Of a stretch of DNA of 64,000 nt, positions 1-12,600 are shown piece after piece; position 1 is the stretch's first letter, and each line of letters opens with the position of its first letter. Made by a program: the position numbers and the translations under genes. The stretch lies in NCBI GenBank assembly GCA_964057225.1, contig OZ059899.1:1364001-1428000 (forward strand). Reading direction: 5' to 3'. The notes under the pieces are model-generated. The model was not told the DNA's origin, made no database searches, and was given only the letters and a program-made list of their open reading frames with translations. The stretch comes from Auanema rhodensis (Eukaryota; Animalia; Nematoda).

Positions 1-52
1 ACGCTTAATACAAAAATTAGTTATGATCGTTTGAAAAATGATGCATTAGTGT

Positions 53-80
53 ATGTTGAGTTTCCATGTACACTCAACAT
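53..80. other. Dyad 1 in each monomer: 9-bp inverted repeat with a 10-nt loop
   Basis: ATGTTGAGT (53-61) is the reverse complement of ACTCAACAT (72-80). Confidence 0.85.
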
Positions 81-229
81 TGCTTCCAAAAACATTTTGA
101 CAAAAATTTTTTCGAAAAATTTCAAAAGAATTTAGCAAAAAGTAGATGTTTTTAGATTCCATTTTTAAGGAAAAGACGATGGACAATGTTATTCAACGAA
201 AAAATTATTTCTTCAGGGTGAAAATCGAG

Positions 230-251
230 GATATAAGTGTGAACTTATATC
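230..251. other. Dyad 3 in each monomer: 9-bp stem with a 4-nt GTGA loop
   Basis: GATATAAGT (230-238), GTGA, ACTTATATC (243-251). Confidence 0.85.
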
Positions 252-443
252 AGTTGATATCTCGGTGCATTTTTAAGTTAGCGCAAATCTGATAACACAG
301 ATCGACGCAGCTTAAAAATCCGCATCGTATGCACTATACTACATTGAGAAACGCTTGATACAAAAATTAGTTATGATCGTTTGAAAAATGATGCATTAGT
401 GTATGTTGAGTTTCCATGTACACTCAACATTGCTTCCAAAAAC

Positions 444-478
444 ATTTTGACAAAAATTTTTTCGAAAAATTTCAAAAT
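444..478. other. Dyad 2 in each monomer: A/T-tract palindrome centred on TTCGAA
   Basis: Perfect 12-bp TTTTTCGAAAAA (458-469), flanked by ATTTTGA (444-450) and TCAAAAT (472-478). Confidence 0.8.
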
Positions 479-615
479 AATTTAGCGAAAAGTAGGTGTT
501 TCTAGATTCCATTTTTCAAGGCAAAGACGATGGACAATGTTATTCAACGAAAAAATTAATTCTTCAGGGTGAAAATCGAGGATATAAGTGTGAACTTATA
601 TCAGTTGATATCTCG

Positions 616-685
616 GTGCATTTTTAAGCTAGCGCAAATCTGATAACACAGATCGACGCAGCTTAAAAATCCGCAGCGAATGCAC
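616..685. other. Dyad 4 in each monomer: long imperfect hairpin of about 50-70 nt
   Basis: ATTTTTAAGCT (620-630)/AGCTTAAAAAT (660-670), GCG/CGC, ATCTG (638-642)/CAGAT (649-653) and loop ATAACA. An alternative outer pairing is GTGCATT (616-622)/AATGCAC (679-685). Confidence 0.85.
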
Positions 686-3600
686 TATACTACATTGAGA
701 AACGCTTAATACAAAAATTAGTTATGATCGTTTGAAAAATGATGCATTAGTGTATGTTGAGTTTCCATGTACACTCAACATTGCTTCCAAAAACATTTTG
801 ACAAAAATTTTTTCGAAAAATTTCAAAAGAATTTAGCAAAAAGTAGATGTTTTTAGATTCCATTTTTCAAGGCAAAGACGATGGACAATGTTATTCAACG
901 AAAAAATTATTTCTTCATTGTGAAAATCGAGGATATAAGTGTGAACTTATATCAGTTGATATCTCGGTGCATTTTTAAGCTAGCGCAAATCTGATAACAC
1001 AGATCGACGCAGCTTAAAAATCCGCAGCGAATGCACTATACTACATTGAGAAACGCTTAATACAAAAATTAGTTATGATCGTTTGAAAAATGATGCATTA
1101 GTGTATGTTGAGTTTCCATGTACACTCAACATTGCTTCCAAAAACATTTTGACAAAAATTTTTTCGAAAAATTTCAAAAGAATTTAGCAAAAAGTAGATG
1201 TTTTTAGATTCCATTTTTAAGGCAAAGACGATGGACAATGTTATTCAACGAAAAAATTATTTCTTCAGGGTGAAAATCGAGGATATAAGTGTGAACTTAT
1301 ATCAGTTGATATCTCGGTGCATTTTTAAGTTAGCGCAAATCTGATAACACAGATCGACGCAGCTTAAAAATCCGCATCGAATGCACTATACTACATTGAG
1401 AAACGCTTGATACAAAAATTAGTTATGATCGTTTGAAAAATGATGCATTAGTGTATGTTGAGTTTCCATGTACACTCAACATTGCTTCCAAAAACATTTT
1501 GACAAAAATTTTTTCGAAAAATTTCAAAATAATTTAGCGAAAAGTAGATGTTTCTAGATTCCATTTTTCAAGGCAAAGACGATGGACAATGTTATTCAAC
1601 GAAAAAATTAATTCTTCAGGGTGAAAATCGAGGATATAAGTGTGAACTTATATCAGTTGATATCTCGGTGCATTTTTAAGTTAGCGCAAATCTGATAACA
1701 CAGATCGACGCAGCTTAAAAATCCGCATCGAATGCACTATACTACATTGAGAAACGCTTAATACAAAAATTAGTTATGATCGTTTGAAAAATGATGCATT
1801 AGTGTATGTTGAGTTTCCATGTACACTCAACATTGCTTCCAAAAACATTTTGACAAAAATTTTTTCGAAAAATTTCGAAAGAATTTAGCAAAAAGTAGAT
1901 GTTTTTAGATTCCATTTTTCAAGGCAAAGACGATGGACAATGTTATTCAACGAAAAAATTATTTCTTCATTGTGAAAATCGAGGATATAAGTGTGAACTT
2001 ATATCAGTTGATATCTCGGTGCATTTTTAAGTTAGCGCAAATCTGATAACACAGATCGACGCAGCTTAAAAATCCGCATCGAATGCACTATACTACATTG
2101 AGAAACGCTTGATACAAAAATTAGTTATGATCGTTTGAAAAATGATGCATTAGTGTATGTTGAGTTTCCATGTACACTCAACATTGCTTCCAAAAACATT
2201 TTGACAAAAATTTTTTCGAAAAATTTCAAAATAATTTAGCAAAAAGTAGATGTTTTTAGATTCCATTTTTCAAGGCAAAGACGATGGACAATGTTATTCA
2301 ACGAAAAAATTAATTCTTCAGGGTGAAAATCGAGGATATAAGTGTGAACTTATATCAGTTGATATCTCGGTGCATTTTTAAGCTAGCGCAAATCTGATAA
2401 CACAGATCGACGCAGCTTAAAAATCCGCAGCGAATGCACTATACTACATTGAGAAACGCTTAATACAAAAATTAGTTATGATCGTTTGAAAAATGATGCA
2501 TTAGTGTATGTTGAGTTTCCATGTACACTCAACATTGCTTCCAAAAACATTTTGACAAAAATTTTTTCGAAAAATTTCAAAATAATTTAGCAAAAAGTAG
2601 ATGTTTTTAGATTCCATTTTTCAAGGCAAAGACGATGGACAATGTTATTCAACGAAAAAATTAATTCTTCAGGGTGAAAATCGAGGATATAAGTGTGAAC
2701 TTATATCAGTTGATATCTCGGTGCATTTTTAAGCTAGCGCAAATCTGATAACACAGATCGACGCAGCTTAAAAATCCGCAGCGAATGCACTATACTACAT
2801 TGAGAAACGCTTAATACAAAAATTAGTTATGATCGTTTGAAAAATGATGCATTAGTGTATGTTGAGTTTCCATGTACACTCAACATTGCTTCCAAAAACA
2901 TTTTGACAAAAATTTTTTCGAAAAATTTCAAAAGAATTTAGCAAAAAGTAGATGTTTTTAGATTCCATTTTTAAGGCAAAGACGATGGACAATGTTATTC
3001 AACGAAAAAATTATTTCTTCAGGGTGAAAATCGAGGATATAAGTGTGAACTTATATCAGTTGATATCTCGGTGCATTTTTAAGTTAGCGCAAATCTGATA
3101 ACACAGATCGACGCAGCTTAAAAATCCGCATCGAATGCACTATACTACATTGAGAAACGCTTGATACAAAAATTAGTTATGATCGTTTGAAAAATGATGC
3201 ATTAGTGTATGTTGAGTTTCCATGTACACTCAACATTGCTTCCAAAAACATTTTGACAAAAATTTTTTCGAAAAATTTCAAAATAATTTAGCAAAAAGTA
3301 GATGTTTTTAGATTCCATTTTTCAAGGCAAAGACGATGGACAATGTTATTCAACGAAAAAATTAATTCTTCAGGGTGAAAATCGAGGATATAAGTGTGAA
3401 CTTATATCAGTTGATATCTCGGTGCATTTTTAAGCTAGCGCAAATCTGATAACACAGATCGACGCAGCTTAAAAATCCGCAGCGAATGCACTATACTACA
3501 TTGAGAAACGCTTAATACAAAAATTAGTTATGATCGTTTGAAAAATGATGCATTAGTGTATGTTGAGTTTCCATGTACACTCAACATTGCTTCCAAAAAC

Positions 3601-6600
3601 ATTTTGACAAAAATTTTTTCGAAAAATTTCAAAATAATTTAGCAAAAAGTAGATGTTTTTAGATTCCATTTTTCAAGGCAAAGACGATGGACAATGTTAT
3701 TCAACGAAAAAATTAATTCTTCAGGGTGAAAATCGAGGATATAAGTGTGAACTTATATCAGTTGATATCTCGGTGCATTTTTAAGCTAGCGCAAATCTGA
3801 TAACACAGATCGACGCAGCTTAAAAATCCGCAGCGAATGCACTATACTACATTGAGAAACGCTTAATACAAAAATTAGTTATGATCGTTTGAAAAATGAT
3901 GCATTAGTGTATGTTGAGTTTCCATGTACACTCAACATTGCTTCCAAAAACATTTTGACAAAAATTTTTTCGAAAAATTTCAAAATAATTTAGCAAAAAG
4001 TAGATGTTTTTAGATTCCATTTTTCAAGGCAAAGACGATGGACAATGTTATTCAACGAAAAAATTAATTATTCAGGGTGAAAATCGAGGATATAAGTGTG
4101 AACTTGTATCAGTTGATATCTCGGTGCATTTTTAAGCTAGCGCAAATCTGATAACACAGATCGACGCAGCTTAAAAATCCGCAGCGAATGCACTATACTA
4201 CATTGAGAAACGCTTAATACAAAAATTAGTTATGATCGTTTGAAAAATGATGCATTAGTGTATGTTGAGTTTCCATGTACACTCAACATTGCTTCCAAAA
4301 ACATTTTGACAAAAATTTTTTCGAAAAATTTCAAAAGAATTTAGCAAAAAGTAGATGTTTTTAGATTCCATTTTTAAGGCAAAGACGATGGACAATGTTA
4401 TTCAACGAAAAAATTATTTCTTCAGGGTGAAAATCGAGGATATAAGTGTGAACTTATATCAGTTGATATCTCGGTGCATTTTTAAGTTAGCGCAAATCTG
4501 ATAACACAGATCGACGCAGCTTAAAAATCCGCATCGAATGCACTATACTACATTGAGAAACGCTTGATACAAAAATTAGTTATGATCGTTTGAAAAATGA
4601 TGCATTAGTGTATGTTGAGTTTCCATGTACACTCAACATTGCTTCCAAAAACATTTTGACAAAAATTTTTTCGAAAAATTTCAAAATAATTTAGCGAAAA
4701 GTAGATGTTTCTAGATTCCATTTTTCAAGGCAAAGACGATGGACAATGTTATTCAACGAAAAAATTAATTCTTCAGGGTGAAAATCGAGGATATAAGTGT
4801 GAACTTATATCAGTTGATATCTCGGTGCATTTTTAAGTTAGCGCAAATCTGATAACACAGATCGACGCAGCTAAAAAATCCGCATCGAATGCACTATACT
4901 ACATTGAGAAACGCTTAATACAAAAATTAGTTATGATCGTTTGAAAAATGATGCATTAGTGTATGTTGAGTTTCCATGTACACTCAACATTGCTTCCAAA
5001 AACATTTTGACAAAAATTTTTTCGAAAAATTTCAAAAGAAATTAGCAAAAAGTAGATGTTTTTAGATTCCATTTTTCAAGGCAAAGACGATGGACAATGT
5101 TATTCAACGAAAAAATTATTTCTTCATTGTGAAAATCGAGGATATAAGTGTGAACTTATATCAGTTGATATCTCGGTGCATTTTTAAGTTAGCGCAAATC
5201 TGATAACACAGATCGACGCAGCTTAAAAATCCGCATCGAATGCACTATACTACATTGAGAAACGCTTGATACAAAAATTAGTTATGATCGTTTGAAAAAT
5301 GATGCATTAGTGTATGTTGAGTTTCCATGTACACTCAACATTGCTTCCAAAAACATTTTGACAAAAATTTTTTCGAAAAATTTCAAAATAATTTAGCAAA
5401 AAGTAGATGTTTTTAGATTCCATTTTTCAAGGCAAAGACGATGGACAATGTTATTCAACGAAAAAATTAATTCTTCAGGGTGAAAATCGAGGATATAAGT
5501 GTGAACTTATATCAGTTGATATCTCGGTGCATTTTTAAGCTAGCGCAAATCTGATAACACAGATCGACGCAGCTTAAAAATCCGCAGCGAATGCACTATA
5601 CTACATTGAGAAACGCTTAATACAAAAATTAGTTATGATCGTTTGAAAAATGATGCATTAGTGTATGTTGAGTTTCCATGTACACTCAACATTGCTTCCA
5701 AAAACATTTTGACAAAAATTTTTTCGAAAAATTTCAAAATAATTTAGCAAAAAGTAGATGTTTTTAGATTCCATTTTTCAAGGCAAAGACGATGGACAAT
5801 GTTATTCAACGAAAAAATTAATTCTTCAGGGTGAAAATCGAGGATATAAGTGTGAACTTATATCAGTTGATATCTCGGTGCATTTTTAAGCTAGCGCAAA
5901 TCTGATAACACAGATCGACGCAGCTTAAAAATCCGCAGCGAATGCACTATACTACATTGAGAAACGCTTAATACAAAAATTAGTTATGATCGTTTGAAAA
6001 ATGATGCATTAGTGTATGTTGAGTTTCCATGTACACTCAACATTGCTTCCAAAAACATTTTGACAAAAATTTTTTCGAAAAATTTCAAAATAATTTAGCA
6101 AAAAGTAGATGTTTTTAGATTCCATTTTTCAAGGCAAAGACGATGGACAATGTTATTCAACGAAAAAATTAATTCTTCAGGGTGAAAATCGAAGATATAA
6201 GTGTGAACTTATATCAGTTGATATCTCGGTGCATTTTTAAGCTAGCGCAAATCTGATAACACAGATCGACGCAGCTTAAAAATCCGCAGCGAATGCACTA
6301 TACTACATTGAGAAACGCTTAATACAAAAATTAGTTATGATCGTTTGAAAAATGATGCATTAGTGTATGTTGAGTTTCCATGTACACTCAACATTGCTTC
6401 CAAAAACATTTTGACAAAAATTTTTTCGAAAAATTTCAAAATAATTTAGCAAAAAGTAGATGTTTTTAGATTCCATTTTTCAAGGCAAAGACGATGGACA
6501 ATGTTATTCAACGAAAAAATTAATTCTTCAGGGTGAAAATCGAGGATATAAGTGTGAACTTATATCAGTTGATATCTCGGTGCATTTTTAAGCTAGCGCA

Positions 6601-9600
6601 AATCTGATAACACAGATCGACGCAGCTTAAAAATCCGCAGCGAATGCACTATACTACATTGAGAAACGCTTAATACAAAAATTAGTTATGATCGTTTGAA
6701 AAATGATGCATTAGTGTATGTTGAGTTTCCATGTACACTCAACATTGCTTCCAAAAACATTTTGACAAAAATTTTTTCGAAAAATTTCAAAAGAATTTAG
6801 CAAAAAGTAGATGTTTTTAGATTCCATTTTTCAAGGCAAAGACGATGGACAATGTTATTCAACGAAAAAATTAATTCTTCAGGGTGAAAATCGAGGATAT
6901 AAGTGTGAACTTATATCAGTTGATATCTCGGTGCATTTTTAAGCTAGCGCAAATCTGATAACACAGATCGACGCAGCTTAAAAATCCGCAGCGAATGCAC
7001 TATACTACATTGAGAAACGCTTAATACAAAAATTAGTTATGATCGTTTGAAAAATGATGCATTAGTGTATGTTGAGTTTCCATGTACACTCAACATTGCT
7101 TCCAAAAACATTTTGACAAAAATTTTTTCGAAAAATTTCAAAATAATTTAGCAAAAAGTAGATGTTTTTAGATTCCATTTTTCAAGGCAAAGACGATGGA
7201 CAATGTTATTCAACGAAAAAATTAATTCTTCAGGGTGAAAATCGAGGATATAAGTGTGAACTTATATCAGTTGATATCTCGGTGCATTTTTAAGCTAGCG
7301 CAAATCTGATAACACAGATCGACGCAGCTTAAAAATCCGCAGCGAATGCACTATACTACATTGAGAAACGCTTAATACAAAAATTAGTTATGATCGTTTG
7401 AAAAATGATGCATTAGTGTATGTTGAGTTTCCATGTACACTCAACATTGCTTCCAAAAACATTTTGACAAAAATTTTTTCGAAAAATTTCAAAAGAATTT
7501 AGCAAAAAGTAGATGTTTTTAGATTCCATTTTTAAGGAAAAGACGATGGACAATGTTATTCAACGAAAAAATTATTTCTTCAGGGTGAAAATCGAGGATA
7601 TAAGTGTGAACTTATATCAGTTGATATCTCGGTGCATTTTTAAGTTAGCGCAAATCTGATAACACAGATCGACGCAGCTTAAAAATCCGCATCGTATGCA
7701 CTATACTACATTGAGAAACGCTTGATACAAAAATTAGTTATGATCGTTTGAAAAATGATGCATTAGTGTATGTTGAGTTTCCATGTACACTCAACATTGC
7801 TTCCAAAAACATTTTGACAAAAATTTTTTCGAAAAATTTCAAAATAATTTAGCGAAAAGTAGATGTTTCTAGATTCCATTTTTCAAGGCAAAGACGATGG
7901 ACAATGTTATTCAACGAAAAAATTAATTCTTCAGGGTGAAAATCGAGGATATAAGTGTGAACTTATATCAGTTGATATCTCGGTGCATTTTTAAGCTAGC
8001 GCAAATCTGATAACACAGATCGACGCAGCTTAAAAATCCGCAGCGAATGCACTATACTACATTGAGAAACGCTTAATACAAAAATTAGTTATGATCGTTT
8101 GAAAAATGATGCATTAGTGTATGTTGAGTTTCCATGTACACTCAACATTGCTTCCAAAAACATTTTGACAAAAATTTTTTCGAAAAATTTCAAAATAATT
8201 TAGCAAAAAGTAGATGTTTTTAGATTCCATTTTTCAAGGCAAAGACGATGGACAATGTTATTCAACGAAAAAATTAATTCTTCAGGGTGAAAATCGAGGA
8301 TATAAGTGTGAACTTATATCAGTTGATATCTCGGTGCATTTTTAAGCTAGCGCAAATCTGATAACACAGATCGACGCAGCTTAAAAATCCGCAGCGAATG
8401 CACTATACTACATTGAGAAACGCTTAATACAAAAATTAGTTATGATCGTTTGAAAAATGATGCATTAGTGTATGTTGAGTTTCCATGTACACTCAACATT
8501 GCTTCCAAAAACATTTTGACAAAAATTTTTTCGAAAAATTTCAAAATAATTTAGCAAAAAGTAGATGTTTTTAGATTCCATTTTTCAAGGCAAAGACGAT
8601 GGACAATGTTATTCAACGAAAAAATTAATTCTTCAGGGTGAAAATCGAGGATATAAGTGTGAACTTGTATCAGTTGATATCTCGGTGCATTTTTAAGTTA
8701 GCGCAAATCTGATAACACAGATCGACGCAGCTTAAAAATCCGCATCGAATGCACTATACTACATTGAGAAACGCTTGATACAAAAATTAGTTATGATCGT
8801 TTGAAAAATGATGCATTAGTGTATGTTGAGTTTCCATGTACACTCAACATTGCTTCCAAAAACATTTTGACAAAAATTTTTTCGAAAAATTTCAAAATAA
8901 TTTAGCAAAAAGTAGATGTTTTTAGATTCCATTTTTCAAGGCAAAGACGATGGACAATGTTATTCAACGAAAAAATTAATTCTTCAGGGTGAAAATCGAG
9001 GATATAAGTGTGAACTTATATCAGTTGATATCTCGGTGCATTTTTAAGCTAGCGCAAATCTGATAACACAGATCGACGCAGTTTAAAAATCCGCAGCGAA
9101 TGCACTATACTACATTGAGAAACGCTTAATACAAAAATTAGTTATGATCGTTTGAAAAATGATGCATTAGTGTATGTTGAGTTTCCATGTACACTCAACA
9201 TTGCTTCCAAAAACATTTTGACAAAAATTTTTTCGAAAAATTTCAAAAGAATTTAGCAAAAAGTAGATGTTTTTAGATTCCATTTTTAAGGAAAAGACGA
9301 TGGACAATGTTATTCAACGAAAAAATTATTTCTTCAGGGTGAAAATCGAGGATATAAGTGTGAACTTATATCAGTTGATATCTCGGTGCATTTTTAAGTT
9401 AGCGCAAATCTGATAACACAGATCGACGCAGCTTAAAAATCCGCAGCGAATGCACTATACTACATTGAGAAACGCTTAATACAAAAATTAGTTATGATCG
9501 TTTGAAAAATGATGCATTAGTGTATGTTGAGTTTCCATGTACACTCAACATTGCTTCCAAAAACATTTTGACAAAAATTTTTTCGAAAAATTTCAAAATA

Positions 9601-12600
9601 ATTTAGCAAAAAGTAGATGTTTTTAGATTCCATTTTTCAAGGCAAAGACGATGGACAATGTTATTCAACGAAAAAATTAATTCTTCAGGGTGAAAATCGA
9701 GGATATAAGTGTGAACTTATATCAGTTGATATCTCGGTGCATTTTTAAGCTAGCGCAAATCTGATAACACAGATCGACGCAGCTTAAAAATCCGCAGCGA
9801 ATGCACTATACTACATTGAGAAACGCTTAATACAAAAATTAGTTATGATCGTTTGAAAAATGATGCATTAGTGTATGTTGAGTTTCCATGTACACTCAAC
9901 ATTGCTTCCAAAAACATTTTGACAAAAATTTTTTCGAAAAATTTCAAAAGAATTTAGCAAAAAGTAGATGTTTTTAGATTCCATTTTTAAGGAAAAGACG
10001 ATGGACAATGTTATTCAACGAAAAAATTATTTCTTCAGGGTGAAAATCGAGGATATAAGTGTGAACTTATATCAGTTGATATCTCGGTGCATTTTTAAGT
10101 TAGCGCAAATCTGATAACACAGATCGACGCAGCTTAAAAATCCGCAGCGAATGCACTATACTACATTGAGAAACGCTTAATACAAAAATTAGTTATGATC
10201 GTTTGAAAAATGATGCATTAGTGTATGTTGAGTTTCCATGTACACTCAACATTGCTTCCAAAAACATTTTGACAAAAATTTTTTCGAAAAATTTCAAAAT
10301 AATTTAGCAAAAAGTAGATGTTTTTAGATTCCATTTTTCAAGGCAAAGACGATGGACAATGTTATTCAACGAAAAAATTAATTCTTCAGGGTGAAAATCG
10401 AGGATATAAGTGTGAACTTATATCAGTTGATATCTCGGTGCATTTTTAAGCTAGCGCAAATCTGATAACACAGATCGACGCAGCTTAAAAATCCGCAGCG
10501 AATGCACTATACTACATTGAGAAACGCTTAATACAAAAATTAGTTATGATCGTTTGAAAAATGATGCATTAGTGTATGTTGAGTTTCCATGTACACTCAA
10601 CATTGCTTCCAAAAACATTTTGACAAAAATTTTTTCGAAAAATTTCAAAAGAATTTAGCAAAAAGTAGATGTTTTTAGATTCCATTTTTAAGGAAAAGAC
10701 GATGGACAATGTTATTCAACGAAAAAATTATTTCTTCAGGGTGAAAATCGAGGATATAAGTGTGAACTTATATCAGTTGATATCTCGGTGCATTTTTAAG
10801 TTAGCGCAAATCTGATAACACAGATCGACGCAGCTTAAAAATCCGCATCGTATGCACTATACTACATTGAGAAACGCTTGATACAAAAATTAGTTATGAT
10901 CGTTTGAAAAATGATGCATTAGTGTATGTTGAGTTTCCATGTACACTCAACATTGCTTCCAAAAACATTTTGACAAAAATTTTTTCGAAAAATTTCAAAA
11001 TAATTTAGCGAAAAGTAGATGTTTCTAGATTCCATTTTTCAAGGCAAAGACGATGGACAATGTTATTCAACGAAAAAATTAATTCTTCAGGGTGAAAATC
11101 GAGGATATAAGTGTGAACTTATATCAGTTGATATCTCGGTACATTTTTAAGCTAGCGCAAATCTGATAACACAGATCGACGCAGCTTAAAAATCCGCAGC
11201 GAATGCACTATACTACATTGAGAAACGCTTAATACAAAATATAGTTATGATCGTTTGAAAAATGATGCATTAGTGTATGTTGAGTTTCCATGTACACTCA
11301 ACATTGCTTCCAAAAACATTTTGACAAAAATTTTTTCGAAAAATTTCAAAATAATTTAGCAAAAAGTAGATGTTTTTAGATTCCATTTTTCAAGGCAAAG
11401 ACGATGGACAATGTTATTCAACGAAAAAATTAATTCTTCATGGTGAAAATCGAGGATATAAGTGTGAACTTGTATCAGTTGATATCTCGGTGCATTTTTA
11501 AGCTAGCGCAAATCTGATAACACAGATCGACGCAGCTTAAAAATCCGCAGCGAATGCACTATACTACATTGAGAAACGCTTAATACAAAAATTAGTTATG
11601 ATCGTTTGAAAAATGATGCATTAGTGTATGTTGAGTTTCCATGTACACTCAACATTGCTTCCAAAAACATTTTGACAAAAATTTTTTCGAAAAATTTCAA
11701 AAGAATTTAGCAAAAAGTAGATGTTTTTAGATTCCATTTTTAAGGCAAAGACGATGGACAATGTTATTCAACGAAAAAATTATTTCTTCAGGGTGAAAAT
11801 CGAGGATATAAGTGTGAACTTATATCAGTTGATATCTCGGTGCATTTTTAAGTTAGCGCAAATCTGATAACACAGATCGACGCAGCTTAAAAATCCGCAT
11901 CGAATGCACTATACTACATTGAGAAACGCTTGATACAAAAATTAGTTATGATCGTTTGAAAAATGATGCATTAGTGTATGTTGAGTTTCCATGTACACTC
12001 AACATTGCTTCCAAAAACATTTTGACAAAAATTTTTTCGAAAAATTTCAAAATAATTTAGCGAAAAGTAGATGTTTCTAGATTCCATTTTTCAAGGCAAA
12101 GACGATGGACAATGTTATTCAACGAAAAAATTAATTCTTCAGGGTGAAAATCGAGGATATAAGTGTGAACTTATATCAGTTGATATCTCGGTGCATTTTT
12201 AAGCTAGCGCAAATCTGATAACACAGATCGACGCAGCTTAAAAATCCGCAGCGAATGCACTATACTACATTGAGAAACGCTTAATACAAAAATTAGTTAT
12301 GATCGTTTGAAAAATGATGCATTAGTGTATGTTGAGTTTCCATGTACACTCAACATTGCTTCCAAAAACATTTTGACAAAAATTTTTTCGAAAAATTTCA
12401 AAAGAATTTAGCAAAAAGTAGATGTTTTTAGATTCCATTTTTCAAGGCAAAGACGATGGACAATGTTATTCAACGAAAAAATTAATTCTTCAGGGTGAAA
12501 ATCGAGGATATAAGTGTGAACTTATATCAGTTGATATCTCGGTGCATTTTTAAGCTAGCGCAAATCTGATAACACAGATCGACGCAGCTTAAAAATCCGC

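Larger units (their letters stand above)
351..701 (+). repeat. Representative 351-bp monomer (phase arbitrary)
   Basis: One full period. The consensus carries single NsiI (ATGCAT), BsrGI (TGTACA), BstBI (TTCGAA), EcoRV (GATATC) and NheI (GCTAGC) sites and many A4-6/T4-6 tracts; about 110/351 bases are G+C. Confidence 0.97.

Noticed and set aside
110-126. CENP-B box (TTCGnnnnAnnCGGG)
   Set aside because: Only TTCG....A matches; the CGGG half is absent (TCAA).
230-251. Hairpins as bacterial rho-independent terminators
   Set aside because: The stems are AT-rich with no following U-tract, there is no upstream gene, and the context is a eukaryote-type satellite.
500-575. Hammerhead ribozyme, as in newt, schistosome and cave-cricket satellites (minus-strand CTGAAGA at about 561-567; plus-strand CTGATAA)
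   Set aside because: The minus-strand CUGANGA is not followed by a stem II closing on GAAA, and the flanking CACCC has no helix I partner. The plus-strand CTGATAA breaks the core consensus.
351-701. 5S rRNA, tRNA, snRNA or spliced-leader tandem gene unit
   Set aside because: I could not recognise a cloverleaf, Pol III A/B/C boxes, a 5S sequence or a spliced-leader exon. An Rfam scan would be the formal test.
351-701. Monomer as a diverged dimer of ~175-bp subunits
   Set aside because: I see no convincing alignment between the two halves by eye beyond A-tracts; a self dot-plot would be needed.
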